Source of the DNA: Eledone cirrhosa
Taxonomy: Eukaryota
Length of the DNA stretch: 64,000 nucleotides
Assembly: GCA_964016885.1 (NCBI GenBank)
Contig: OZ024743.1
Coordinates: 183,334,001-183,398,000, forward strand
Direction: 5' to 3'
Positions 49,596 through 63,405 of the stretch are shown piece by piece. The translations under genes were made by a program, and so were the position numbers. Each line of letters begins with the position of its first letter. The first letter of the stretch is position 1. The notes below the pieces were generated by a model. That model saw only the letters and a list, made by a program, of their open reading frames with translations. It made no database searches and had not been told where the DNA came from.

Positions 49596-50075
49596 AATAA
49601 TAATAATACTAATCTTTTCTTTATTGGCCACAAGGGTCAACATCATAATCATCATGATCATGATCATTGTCTTCATTTAACGTCTATTTTCCACACTAGC
49701 ATGGGTTATATACAATATAAAACGTGTTATCCAAAAAGGGGTTACAAAACATGTTGGGACACCCAATCCAATCCAATCCAGGACCATCACCGTTTTCTGT
49801 TTGGTTTTGGTATTGTCAGGTGTCAGGGATGTAACTATACTCACTACACTTGGTCAATTGTGGGTTGATGAGGCTATTTAACCCATTGTTAGGGTGGATG
49901 ATTGTAGACTCTGAGGACTTCATCGGCTTTTTTAACACCTTTTGTAGTTTGTGCTACTGGTGTTCCACCTACCCTCAAGATCAGACCAGGATCTTGTGGG
50001 GAGCTGGTTTAGTTGCCGACCAATCAACCATGAAATAAATAAACCCTAAATAGTGTAAACTTTGAAACTACTTAC

Positions 50076-50138
50076 CGGTGTGTAGGAACCACAATCTTTT
50101 GGTGGGTATTTGAAATTAGGTCCAAAATTTACAGATAC
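50076..50138 (-). CDS. ASH2L: ASH2L coding exon (end of SPRY domain)
   Basis: atatcgtag| ... |gtaagt; VSVNFGPNFKYPPKDCGSYTP (compare VSINFGPCFKYPPKD); 63 nt. Confidence 0.93.
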
Positions 50139-50983
50139 CTACGATATATATAAATACAGAGTTATATATATATATATACGAAAAAGAAGTTGAAAATACA
50201 ATAACTTTACAGTGTATACTGGGTGCATTTATTGTGTAAATCACCAACACTAGAGAGGTTGTCAAGTGAGGGTCCTCTTTACTCTTCGTTTGGCAAGATT
50301 TCTACAGCTGGGTACCCTTCATAACACCAACCATTTTACAGTGTGTACTGGGTGCGTGTATCGTGTAGATCACCAACACTAGGGAGGTTGTCAAGTCCTT
50401 GATACAAGTGAGGGTCCTCCTAACCCTTTGTCATTTATTTATAATTCTAAAAGGAGGATTTATTTGATAAGCATTTTTACTTTTAAAAAATCATTCAAAT
50501 TTCAAAGTATGTTTTAATACAACAGCCTGCTTGTGAAATTAACGTGCAAGTGGCTGAGCATTCCACAGACATATGTACCCACCATGTAATCCTCAGGGAG
50601 TGTTTCAGTTGTAAGAACAACAGAGCAGCTTGCTTGTGAAATTTATGTGAATGTGGCTGAGTATTCCATAGATACAGGTATCCTTCATGTAATTCTCAGG
50701 GAGATTCAGCATGACACAGTGTGTGGCAAGGTGGGTTCTTTGAATTACAGCTACAACTCATTTTTTTCCAGCTGAATGGAGTATAGCAATGTGAAATAAA
50801 GTGTCTTGTCCAAGGACTCAATGTGTTGCCTGGCTTGGGAATCCCACAACTTCACAATCCTGAACTCAAAACGATAACCACTAAGCCACGTACCTTAACA
50901 ATTAACTCACATCCATACACACATCCACGTGCAGAAATATTAAAGACAAAAGAAAACAAAGAAGATATTAAAATAGTACTTAC

Positions 50984-51082
50984 AGTGGCATTCTTGTAGA
51001 GTGATATGGAAGGGTGATAGACTCCTTCAAATATGTCGATAAACATAACACCTTGGTTTTCTCCATTTTTATAAGTAATTAA
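50984..51082 (-). CDS. ASH2L: ASH2L coding exon (SPRY domain)
   Basis: cacctccttcag| ... |gtaagt; [33 protein letters not shown] (compare ASH2L [27 protein letters not shown]); 99 nt. Confidence 0.95.
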
Positions 51083-52313
51083 CTGAAGGAGGTGAAAATA
51101 GAGTTAGAGTTAGAACAGTTAGTTACATGATGTAATAATTGTTTCTACATTTAGGCACAAGGTCAGCAATTTGAAGGAGAGGAGAAACTTGATGAAATCG
51201 CCCCCAGTGTGTTACTGGTACTTTATTTTATCAAGCCTATAAGGATGAAAGACAAAGCTAACCTCAGTGAGATTTGAACTCAGATTGCAAAGGGCTGTAA
51301 CTAAATGCTGCAAAGCATGTTATCTGAAGCTCTACTGATTCTACTGCCAATTCACTGCCCTTATACGATGTAGTAATAATATCTAGGAGCTGTTTAGCAG
51401 ATTAGACAAAGGAATCTGGTCCTTCTATTGTTGATACACTATCTGCTGCTGGTAAATACAGGAAGAAGGAAACAAAATTTGAACTCAAAAGTCACAGAAC
51501 TGGATAAGATACTGCAAAGCAACCCGTCTAACTCTTTAATAATTTGACCAATCCACTGCCTTTCAATGAAAGGATGGACAGCAAAGTTGACCATGACGGG
51601 ATTTGAATTCAGAGCAGAAAAAAACCATCAGCAAGTATTGAGGAATTTTACCTAATGCTCCACTATCATGAGTATATCTTGCTTACAAACATTCCTGCCT
51701 TCTCTCTCTCTAGAGTGTCCTGAGTGTATTACTGTGGCACCAGCCCTTGGGAGGAGATTGTTATGTCTCTGATACAAATAAAGAGTTCTTTTGACCCTTT
51801 CTATGGTTACATGCCATTCCTATCACCAAGCACTTTACAGAGTGTACTGGGTGCATTTTACTGTCACCAACACAAGAGGTTGTCATACCCTTAATGAAGC
51901 TGAAGAATCCACTTGACATACAACTGAAGCTCTGCGAGCCAGATGTTAAATGATAACAATGTCCAACAACTCATTTATCTTTTGTAAAGTGGTAGTGATG
52001 GTGCCACGATAGACTATACTCAGTACACTCTGTAAAGTGGTAGTTTTAGTGTTATGATAAAACACACATAGTCCACTCTGTAAATTGGTAGTGCTGGTGC
52101 CATGATAAAAAGCACCCAATACACTCTGTAAAGTGGTAGTGTTGGTGCCACACTAAAATACACCCAGTACAGTTTGTAAAGTGGTAGTGTTGGTGCCACA
52201 CTAAAATACACCCAGTACAGTCTGTAAAGTGGTAGTGCTGGACCATCAAAGAGAACAAAAGACCAAACATTACTAGATTATTGGAATATATTAGAAATGG
52301 TTAAAACCGTTAC

Positions 52314-52406
52314 CTTGCTCCCAGAGCTAATTTGTAAGTTTTTCTCAGCTTCAGAAACATAATCTTTTTCTTCATAATATAAATGACTCTTGAACTTCAC
52401 TAATGG
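52314..52406 (-). CDS. ASH2L: ASH2L coding exon (SPRY insertion region)
   Basis: Minus strand ctgtttcttcag| ... |gtaacg; PLVKFKSHLYYEEKDYVSEAEKNLQISSGSK, matching the ASH2L motif LIKFKSYLYFEEKD; 93 nt, phase 0-0. Confidence 0.93.
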
Positions 52407-52584
52407 CTGAAGAAACAGAAGAAAGAGAGAAAGAAATAAGACATAAAAGAAAATATCATCATCATCACTACCACCACCACCATCATGTAATTGATGAAAG
52501 GCAAACTATGTTGCAATGCATGTCTGAAGCTCTACCGATTCTGCTAATCTAACACCCTTACAACAACAACAACATTAATAATAA

Positions 52585-53142
52585 TAATTGTTTCTACTTT
52601 AGGCACTTGGCCAGCAATTTGAATGGGAAGAGAAAGTTGATTAAATCAACCCCAGTGTGTTACTGGTACTTTATTTTAAGGATGAAAGGCAAAGCTAACC
52701 TCGGCGGGAGTTGAACTCAGACTGTAAAGGACCATAACTCTATGTTGCACAACATGGTGTCCGACACTCTACCGATTCTGCCAATCCACCGCCCTTAATA
52801 ATAATAATTGTTTCTACTTTTTGGCACAAGGCCAGCAATTATCCCAATGCATTACTGGTACTTTATTTTATTGACCCCGTAAGGATGAAAGGCAAAGTTG
52901 ACCTCGGCGGGATTTGAACTCAGAATGGAAAGGGCCGTAACTCTATGCGTCAAAGCAAGGCGTCCGACCCTCTACCGATACTGTCAATCTGCCGCATAAT
53001 GGTTTCTTATATTGGCACAAGGCCTGCAATTTTGGGGGAGAGGAAAGTCGATTAAATCGACACCAGTGCGTGACTGGTACTTTATTTTATCGACCGCGTA
53101 AGGATGAAAGGCAAAGTTAACCTCGGCAGGATTTGAACTCAG
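52585..53142 (-). mobile_element. Cluster of three tandem tRNA-derived SINEs
   Basis: Reverse complement gives B-box GAGTTCAAATCC plus gcctttcatcctt..ggggtcgataaaataaagtaccagt core (resembles the MetaSINE-type central domain) and (ATT)n tails. Other copies at about 6650-6830, 16925-17035, 22005-22165, 26300-26490, 29600-29750, 51140-51360, 58460-58660. Confidence 0.85.
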
Positions 53143-53819
53143 ACCATATAATAATATGAATAATGTCATCCTCCTCCTCCCCACCATTTCCATTACTGTT
53201 GTTGGAATATCTATTTCTGGCTCTGACATTGGATGTTAAAACTGGGGAGGTACTTATGGTAGGGACTATATTTGGTTGCGACCCAGATATAAAGAAACAA
53301 ATATAATTAGTGTAGTATTAGTAGTTTTTTGTTTAATTAATCAGAGCACAAACTATGTAGACTGCTGCTGTAGAAATATTCAACCAACCATGGAGAATAT
53401 CTATTCAACCAGACAGAATGTTGAAACTTGATATAACCAGTGTTAATGTGTACATATGCACAAATAACTATATACACATCTATGTGTACATTATATAAGT
53501 ATATGTATGTGTGTATGTGTATATATATATATATATCACCATTTAACATCCATTTTTCCACAGTAGCATGGGTTAGACAAGTTGTCCAGATGTTAGCCAA
53601 GCCAGCTCAGATGACCTTGTCTGGCTCACACTGGACTGATCTTGGCTTGCTTTCTACAGCTAGATGCCCTTCCTAATGCCAACCATCTTAGAGGTAGGTA
53701 GTTCTGCTTAAGTACTGATTTGGTTTGTGATGACTCGTCAAACACTTCTTAGCATCCTAGCAGAAAGAACAGCTGTTAAATGGTGATGATAATGATTATA
53801 TATATATATATATATATAT

Positions 53820-54022
53820 ATAGGAAAAGAGTCAGGACCCCGGTGGCTGAGCTCCGGCCGTTTCGACAGCTAGATCCAAACTCGTTCGGATCTAGCTGTC
53901 GAAATGGCCGGAACTCAACCGTAGGGGTCCTGACTCTTTTCCTATTACCCACTCTACTACCCTAAGTATTGAGTACTCTGGTGTGTTATGGTCCACCTGG
54001 TTCCTTACCACACTTTCTTTGT
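53820..54022 (+). mobile_element. Second fold-back element of the same family in (TA)n
   Basis: Inverted arms at about 53820-53877 and 53888-53945; tail attacccactctactaccctaagtattgagtact...ttccttaccaca shared with 719-790. Confidence 0.75.
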
Positions 54023-54614
54023 TATATATATATTTATATATATATATACATATACATATACATATATCCATGACCTATGTCTGCACCTGGTAAGTTCCTC
54101 TCTAAAGAACAAGTCTAGGCAAGGTTTTTTTTTGTAGAAGTCCAACAGTCTATGCATGGAAGTCTCTTCTTTCTAAACCACCGATGTTGTCCAAGGGAAA
54201 GACAAAGGCTGATTAAAACTTGATACCAGTGACATTGACAGACAACCCATTGAAGTACTGGGTCTGTGACAATCCATCTAATCCTTGCTAGCAGGGAAAA
54301 ATGGACATTAAATGATGATAATGTTGTTCTAGATACACTATATCTAAAACGCAATACTAGATGTAATGGTCATGGTTGACCTGGAACTCAACAATAACAA
54401 CATACAAGACACACCAATAGATATAAGATGTCCACTGATTAAACTTTACCATTTCACCAATCCAGTTATGATAATCCCTATAGTTAGAGTCTTAGTTATG
54501 ACCACCTATATTGGAGTCCAAGTTTGTTGACCTCGTCACTGTGGGCCCTGGAAACTGGTCACTGATCTCTGGTCTTGACCAAGCAAACAACAACAACCTG
54601 AGACAGTAACAGTT

Positions 54615-55250
54615 TACACAAGAAGTGCCAGTTAGACCAGGTGAACGACAACAACAGTCTTATTTATAAGAAGTACCAGCTAGACCAGGTGAACAACATC
54701 AGCAGTGTTATACACAAGTACCAGCTAGACCAGGTGAACAACATCAGCAGTGTTATACACAAGTACCAGCTAGACCAGGTGAACAACATCAGCAGTGTTA
54801 TACACAAGTACCAGCTAGACCAGGTGAACAACATCAGCAGTGTTATACACAAGTACCAGCTAGACCAGGTGAACAACATCAGCAGTGTTATACACAAGTA
54901 TCAGCTAGACCAGGTGAACAACATCAACTCCTTGTGTATAAAACAGTGTTATACACAAGGAGTGCCAGCTAGACCAGGTGAACAGCAGCAAGTGTTATAC
55001 ACAAGAAGTGCCAGCTAGACCAGGTGAACAACAGCAAGTCTTATACACAAGAAGTGCCAGCTAGACCAAGTGAACAACAGCAAGTCTTAAACACAAGAAA
55101 TGTCAGCTAGACCACGTGAACAACGGCAAGTCTTATACACAAGAAGTATCAGCTGGACCAGGTGATCAACAGCCAGTCTTATACACAAGTGCCAGCTAGA
55201 CCAGGTGAACAACATCAACAGTCTTATATACAAGTGTCATCTAGACAAGG
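54615..55250. repeat. 45-bp minisatellite
   Basis: ccagctagaccaggtgaacaacatcagcagtgttatacacaagta repeated. Confidence 0.93.
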
Positions 55251-56516
55251 TGTATGATAACATTAGTGTATGTGGAATGTGTGTAATGGAGCAAGGAAGT
55301 AGTGTGTTCTGGTGACCCCACTTTACAGGTAAAGTCCCCAAATTGCCAGTAACTCCACCATAACAATTGTGTGTGAGAAAGAAAGAGAGAGCGAGACCAA
55401 CACAACAAATATACCACTTCCATTTTCACCACCACTGCTACCACAGTAGCAGCAGCAGCTCCCCCACCCCACCCCCACCGACTTTACCTTGGCATTATAA
55501 AGTGTTGGAATTCACAACAGCAGCAATGTGTAACTTCCTGGTTTCCTTCTGACCTCATACCCCCAATTTGCATCCTCTTCCACACACACACACACATACA
55601 CACTCTCATTTCATTTCCTTCTCTCAGATATTCTCCACCATATAACACCTCTATTGTACCTCAACCCCCTCTCCACCCCACCCCTTCTCTGCACCACTTC
55701 ACCCCCTCCTCTCTCATACCTCTTCTTTTTCCTTTTCTCACTGGCTCCATTCTCTCTCACCTCCATTTCTCATCACACACACAGACACAGATAGATCCTG
55801 ATACATACACACACACACACACACACACAGATAGATCCTGATACATACACACACACAGATAGATACTGAGACACATACATACTGATACACACACACACAT
55901 ATATACTGAGATATACACACACATACATACTGAGATACACACACACATACATAGTGATACACATACACACACATATAGTTAACCACTGATACACACATAC
56001 ACAGACAGACAGACAGACAGTGGTGGTGGTTGTAAAGTGGTAGTATTTGACAAAGTTGTTCTTAGCTAACTGATGATAGATTTACTGGTAACTATTACAG
56101 TGATGAAGATGATGATGGTTGTAGGGACTGTTTGTGGCATGATGGTGATGATGGTGATGATGATGGTGATGGTGAAAGAAATAGTTGTTATGGTAGTGAG
56201 TGGCAGGGCTGGCTACCTTTAAGATGATGTCCCATATAAGGAAGTAAGAACAGTCTCCCCTGTCTGTTGGTTTGTGGGGTGGAGGAGGAGTAGTAGTAGA
56301 TAGGTGTATCTTAGTAGATGTTGTTACTGTTGTTGTTAGCTTAGTGGTGGGGTGATGGTGCCAATAGATTTGGCACCATCAGAGAGAGAGAGAGAGTGAG
56401 AGAGGCGCGGCAGTGGTTGAAATAAAATATCATTCTAATCATCAGTTGTTTCACAGGAAACAGTGTAAGAGTGAGCAGGGTGGCTTCATGAAGATTGTTT
56501 GGTGTTTGAAGAACTT

Positions 56517-56583
<67 letters not shown>

Positions 56584-56742
56584 AAATAATAATAATAAGA
56601 AAAAAACAAAGAAAGACAGTAATTAGAAGAGGAAGAAGTCAAACAAGCTTAAAGTTGATAGTTATCTTGAAGTGTGTGTATATATGTGTGTGTGTGTATG
56701 TGTGTGAGTATGTATGTGTATAATAGATAAATAAAAAAAAAA

Positions 56743-56804
<62 letters not shown>

Positions 56805-58336
56805 ACAGCTACAATAGGATAGTAAATGAAAGAAATGGTAAAAGTGCAGGGGAGAGAGAGAGAGAGAGAGAGAGAAGAGTTTGTGTTAAAGATTGAGAGA
56901 AAGAGAAAATGATATACAGTACTGGATGTTGGAGTAGCAATAGATAGAGAGGATGAGGTTGGAGGGGATGATGAAAGAGATGAGAGGGGTACAAAATGAA
57001 ATAGGAGAGAGAGATAGAGACGAGAGAGAAGAGTGTAAAGCAGTAGTATTAATTAGTTACCAAACTTACTATTCCAACAAGCAACATCAACAACAGAAGC
57101 TACCCCACCCCAACTCCTCCAGAATAACAGGACAATATTTATTGGGATTGTACAATTAAGTCTTGGATAATTCTAACATTTCCGATGGTAAGTTCTGTTT
57201 AATAATTCTGTAGCTCATAAAAAGCAAAGAACTTAATATATCTATCTATCTCTCTCTATATAGATATATATATATATGTGTGTGTGAGAGTGCATATATA
57301 TATATATATAAATAAATGTAAACCAAAGCAGTGCCCCAGCATGATCACAGTCTAATGACAGAAACCAGTAAAATAATAAAACAAAAATTATAAACAAATA
57401 TAAAATCAATTGAGAAATTCCCTCCTCTTCTCTGTATGTGTGTATACACACACACACACGCATACATACAGAGGCTGGTTTTAGAACTGATAGATACCCC
57501 ACTATACAGGGGTAGCCAAAACTGGACCCCAAAAACTAAGATTGCACATACATGTTAGGTGTAAGAACTTTAATATAAACTACATATATATAGATATATA
57601 AATGTATACTGTATATAGAGAGAGATACACAGACACACACACACACATATATATATATAGAGAGAGAAACTCACACATTTATATATAGTAGAGTATGTAG
57701 TATGAAGGAATGCAATGAGAAGAAAACTGTTATGGCACAAAACAACAACAAAACACTGTTCTTGTGAATGAATTCTTGCTACAACAGTTAAGTCTCTACA
57801 CTTCTCTATGGTAGAATCTACTTGCCACTCTGGTCAATCAAACAAGGGAGGCTTCTAAGTGGTAGCTCAGTCAGCTAGAAAAGGCAGCCAAGCCTCCCTC
57901 AAATCCTAATAACCTACTATCTTTAAAAAAAAGAGGTCATAGTGGACACTTTCATTTAGTCCTTAATATATAAAAATAGGGAGTTGAATTGGTAGAGTTG
58001 TTAGAACATCTGATAGAATGTTTTGTGGTATTTGTTTTGGCTCTTTCATTCATTTGGAGTCGATAAAAAAAGTAGCAGTATAACACTGGGGTCGATTATT
58101 CTTCTATTCTCTTACTCTTTATCCTTCTCTGGAAGAAATCTGCTACATTCAGCCATGGAGAGGAGATGGGATATGCCAGGGTTAAAATGTCCAAGAAACA
58201 CAGAATGCCAATATGGTCACCCTACAGTTATGGAACCATACATACATGCATAAAAAATAGATGGAATGGTCACAGGTAGAATTCCTTTGACCATAGGCCT
58301 GCCCAATCAAGCTTGACTTGAAACAACATTATCTCT

Positions 58337-58758
58337 TCAACCTTTTCCTTACTATATTTCCAATGAAAGACAATGAATGTGGTTCTCAAATAATTTTGAA
58401 AATACTCAAGAATTTGGAAGGATTTAATAAAATATATAATAGTTCATTATTAATTTGGTAGATTGGCCGAATCAGTAGAGCATTGGACAAATACTTAGTA
58501 TTTGTTCTGACTCTTTACATGCTGAGTTCAAATCTCGCCAGGGTCAACTTTGCATTTCATTCTTCCACAGTTGATAAAACAAAGTACCAGTCACATACTG
58601 GGGTTGATATAATTTGACTTTGCTTTTCCTTCAATTGCTGGCTTTGTGTCAAAATTGGGAAGCATTATGGAGAGCTTTTTGATAAATATAAATACTTTAA
58701 AACCAATAGTTTTGAATCATAGAACCAGTTTCAGGCAGTTTGGTATCGAATGGGTTAA
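58337..58758. mobile_element. piggyBac-like MITE with a nested SINE
   Basis: Left aaccttttccttactatatttc, right ggtatcgaatgggTTAA; related pieces at 44724-44940 and 62350-62592. Confidence 0.5.
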
Positions 58759-58839
58759 TCTGAGCTTGGTGATGTTTACTATTATCATTATTCCTTTTAT
58801 CTCAGGCTTTGTTGGAACTCCTAGATTATCAGGTCTGTT

Positions 58840-59700
58840 ACCTTCCCCTATGGTACCTTGCTATTTATTCTCTTCAACTATCTACTACTTTCCAGATAAT
58901 TCCAGCTGTGTCAAGGAGGCAAACTTAACAATAGCTTTACTGGACACTCTATTCTAATTTTTTTTATGTTCCTCCCAATATCTTTTGATGCTGTCCCTAA
59001 CTCCAGAATCAGTATTATTTTAACCTTTTTTCATCTTCCACAGTCAGGAGGACTGTACATGTCTAGTTTCTCACCTTCCTTTTTAACTATCTGTGAATCA
59101 AATGGTCATGCAACATTGATTACAACACACTCATGATTTACTTTGTCCATCACCACTAGGTTCGGTTTATTGTGCTCAAGCACAATAAACTTTGAATTGT
59201 GAAATTCCAAAGGATTTTGCAAGTCTCTGACTCAGTTACTCTCTGTGGTTTGTGGTTGTACCATGTTTTACCTCTCTCCAATCCCCACTTTTCACACAGT
59301 TTCCACTGCAGAACCTTTGCCATCTTATCTCACCATGTTTTGGGCAAATCTAGGACATTCTGTTACTATATAGGCAATAGTTTCATCAAACTTTACATAA
59401 TCAGCACAATGAAGACACTTGCTCATTTCTAAGTTTGACCTTCAAATTTCTAGCTAAAGCTTGATCTTAGGCTGCAAGTATAGAGCCCTCAATCCCCTTT
59501 TTAAGTGCCCCTTTCTTCAACAAGTCCTTCTTCTGTTCTCTGCAACTTCAGTTGTGACTATGTGAAATTGTTTATGTAACCACTTGTTGAGTAGTGTTTC
59601 TTCAAGGCCTTCTGGTTTTGTTTTCTCCTTCTCTTATTAATACTAGAAAGGTTTCCTCCCTCCCTTTCAGTTAGACATCTCAGCAAGCTCTTGTGTTCAA
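58840..59700 (-). mobile_element. Degenerate R4/Dong-like LINE (CCHC plus restriction-like endonuclease)
   Basis: Minus-strand pieces ETIAYIVTEC, MAKVLQWKLCEKWG, KILWNFTIQ, EHNKPNLVVMDK...CVVINVA*PFD...KEGEK. Confidence 0.75.
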
Positions 59701-62700
59701 TATGCATGCAGTTTTCCGCAGTTATGTATATGCATATGCTATTAGTATTATTCTGAAATGGATATACTCATTTTCATATAATTAGAGCTTGAGTTGGTAA
59801 TTAATTAAGATATTTATTAAATACATGTTTCCTTGTGGTTGTTCAGATATTTTTTTTTAACCAATTGACAAGATCCCAGATCCCATTCGCTTATTGAGTG
59901 GGGTGGAACTCGTCAAATCGGACCAAGAAAACAATGTTTCCATTGGTTTTTGACCCACTGGTCACAGTTCCTGGCAGAAAGAGCAATGTGGAAAAAAGTG
60001 CCTTGCTCAAGAACATAACACATCACTCGATCAAGAAATCAAATTCACAACCTTACTATTATGAATCCAATTCTCTAACCACAAAGCTAACACCTTCACA
60101 TATATATGTATGTAGATCAACTCTTTCAAATTCTCTTATTCGAGCATCAACATGCTTGCATGTACAATGAATAAAGGGAATCCAATGAGATATTTTGGTT
60201 TTCTCAAAGTCAATGACACTAAGTGATTACTTCAACAGAATTGTGTATTTCTACCAAAAATGTGTCAGAGTAATTATGTCTTAGCTGTCAAAAAGAATTG
60301 AATTTCCACAGATCCAGCTACTAATTTCATTCTTAGCTACAAAGACCCATGATGTTGAAAACATGACAATAAATGGGATACAAAACAAGATGTGTGCGTG
60401 TGTAGAAGTGGGGACTTAACAGTATATAAGCTGAGAAATATGCGACCTCCCCCACAAAAAAATGATGGTAAAAAGGTGAGGTGGGGTGTGGATTATATTC
60501 GAGGTCAGTATTTTGCTGATTTTCAACAACATCAAAGTTCTACTTAAATGAAGTGCTAAAATATTTCACTTTGGAGGTGAATATTACACCAGTTTCACTT
60601 TAAGGGGGAATATTATACCAGTTTCACTTTAAGGGGAAAGGAATATTACACTGCTTTCACTTTTGAAGTGAAATTCGTTTTTCCTATTGTTTTTGTTTTG
60701 TTTTGAATGGAGATGGCCTTCAAAATGGTTGGAAATTGGTAAAAAATCATTACATAATGGAGTTGTGAAACAAAATGACACTGAACATTTTAAATACCAA
60801 AATATTAAAACTATATAAATATATTCTCCACTTATGAGAATTTAAAAACTACACCACCTAAACATAGTGTGTTAACTACCTGCCGTGGCTTATAATCCAG
60901 TATATACCATTCAACCCTTGCTAGCAGGGAAAAGCAGATGTTAAATGATGATGATATTTAGTCAAGGTGGAGAAAGCAGAGCCTCTGACCATTTTTTAGG
61001 ATATTTGAGATTGATGGGAAAGAGGGAGTGAGAGAAAGGAGGATGAAGGGATCCACAAACTGGAGCCTTGGTTTGAAAGTTAGCAAATTGTCTGTGAAGC
61101 CCAGGTTGGGTGGTGCTGTTAAACCGGCTGATGGATTATGTCTTACTGTCCAAGTAGAATTTTAACTCAAAAGAGGTGGGTGGGTGGAACAAATACCACA
61201 AGGTGTCCAATCCAATCCTCTAACATCTCTAGATGAAAGACAAAGGAGTGCAAAGAGGTGGAACAAATACCACAAGGTATCCTGTCCAATCCTCTAACAA
61301 CTCTGTCTTCCATCTAGAGAAGTGAATTGGCAAAGTTGACCGAGGTGGGATTTGAACTTGGAGAACAAAGAATTGGAAGAAATAGTACAAAGTATTTTCT
61401 TCTATACTCTAATAACTCTGTCAATTTGTTGTCCATAATATATTTATTTATGACTTACCTACTGCTGTAAAAGACTAGCATTCTATCCAGGAGTAGATTT
61501 ATCTTTTATTTACTGCCTCAGAAAATAGTCAACCACTGGTCTTACTGATTCTTATCTCTTATGAAAGGATTATTATATTTTTGTATATTTTTTATTTTTA
61601 CAGTTAGAGGGGTTATATGAAGAACATGTGATTATAAGGAAATACTGAACAGAAAATAAGTTAATGGAGATATTTAAAACCTTTTAGAAAATATTTACTC
61701 AAGGTTAACACATTTTCTCTTGAATAGGCACTAGAAGATGAGCAAAGAGTGATTGACAACAAATATGTTTAGTAACTCTTTCATAATATCACTACGAAAA
61801 TAAACTTACCAAAACCACTTGAAATTCTCTACAGAATCAGCAATCTTAATCAACACTGACTATATTTGCTTTTCTGAAAAATGTTTCCCTCTTTTAGAGG
61901 AAAGGCTGTTTATATTTATTTACACCAAATAGTTTATTTAAAAAAGTATGACTGTAAGCAGACTATAATTCAAAGTATGGTTGTTAAAAATAGAGTATCT
62001 TGAATAAGGCAGTTTTTTTTTTATCAAGTTAAGAAGAGTGATAAAGTAGAGTGCCAGTAATGAATACTGATATTTAAACTGATGTGTATCTTAAAAAGAC
62101 CATCTAGAGATGTAAAGAGTTGAGCTTATGGTTGCTGCCCACTCTAATACCAGTAACTTCAACAGAGAGAGGGCAATATTTCAACTTACCACATCTTGAC
62201 GCATCAGCAATATCTCAGATGACTGTAAAAACCATTTAAAACCTACCAATAATTACCCCAATTGATTCAATCTCCAAACCCCAGCCCACCAATATTCCTT
62301 TACACATTACTCCTTTTATTAATGTCATGTCAAAATGTTATTAATCTGTATTTCTAATGAAATACAAGCTAACATTGTTGTGTTTTAATTTATATTGAAA
62401 AAAACAAACAAATATTTTGAGGGATTTGATAAAAATAACTCACTTTTCCAACAGCAAAATGATGTTTAGAACCTTACTTAAGAAAACTTTCTTAAATAAT
62501 AATTGAGGAAAAGTTTTAATATCAAGTACAAACATTTTAAAATGATTAGTTTTGTACCATAAAACTAGGGTGATTTTGTATTAAAAGGTTAAATCACACA
62601 GTAACCCGCACCCCCCAAGTAGTGAAATATCTAAGCTGCTATCTGATGTTCATTGAACACAATAAAAAAACAACACAAATTTTATTCAACATATTTCGCT

Positions 62701-63032
62701 TAACTTTTCAAATTATTTACCACAGCTAATACAAATGAATGTGGTAATTTGTATGTGGCTAGTCGACCTCCTAGAAACAGCAGCCAAATCTATCTTAAAA
62801 AGAGGTGAAGGCATAGAGCATTTCAATCATGGCTGACCTGAGGTTAAACGACATCAGAATTAACAAAGAGGTATAACTTTCAAAAATGAAATTTTCATTA
62901 GCTTACCTGATGAACTCTGTCTTTTAGACAATCACCTCAAGACTTAACAAAGGAACTTCTATATAGCCATTAATTTCAACTCTTGTTGAAATTAGCCACT
63001 GAAGGGAATTAGCCACTGAAGCCCATGCATGT

Positions 63033-63405
63033 GGATTGGCAATATCGGTAGAGGGTCGGACGCCATGCTTTGACGTATAGAGTTACGGCCCTTGCCATTC
63101 TGAGTTCAAATCCCGCCGAGGTTAACTTTGCCTTTCATCCTTATGGGGTTGATAAAATAAAGTACCAGTAATACACTGGGTATTGCTGGCCTTGTGCCAA
63201 AAGTAGAAACAATTAATTTCAACTCTTACTCGTACCACATAAAAAGATGGTGAATTGGCAGAATCATTAGTAAGGCAGATTGAATGCTTTGTGGTATTCG
63301 TTCCAGCTCTTTCTGATCTCTGAGTTCAAATCCTGCTGAGGTCAACTTTACCTTTTGTCCATTTGAGGTCGATAAAAAAAGTATCAGTCAAATACTGGGG
63401 TTGAT
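63033..63405 (+). mobile_element. Two tRNA-derived SINEs
   Basis: A-box-like tggcaatatcggtagag, B-box gagttcaaatcc, same core. Confidence 0.85.

Noticed and set aside
54641-55018. (DQVNNISSVIHKYQL)n ORF
   Set aside because: 45-bp minisatellite artefact
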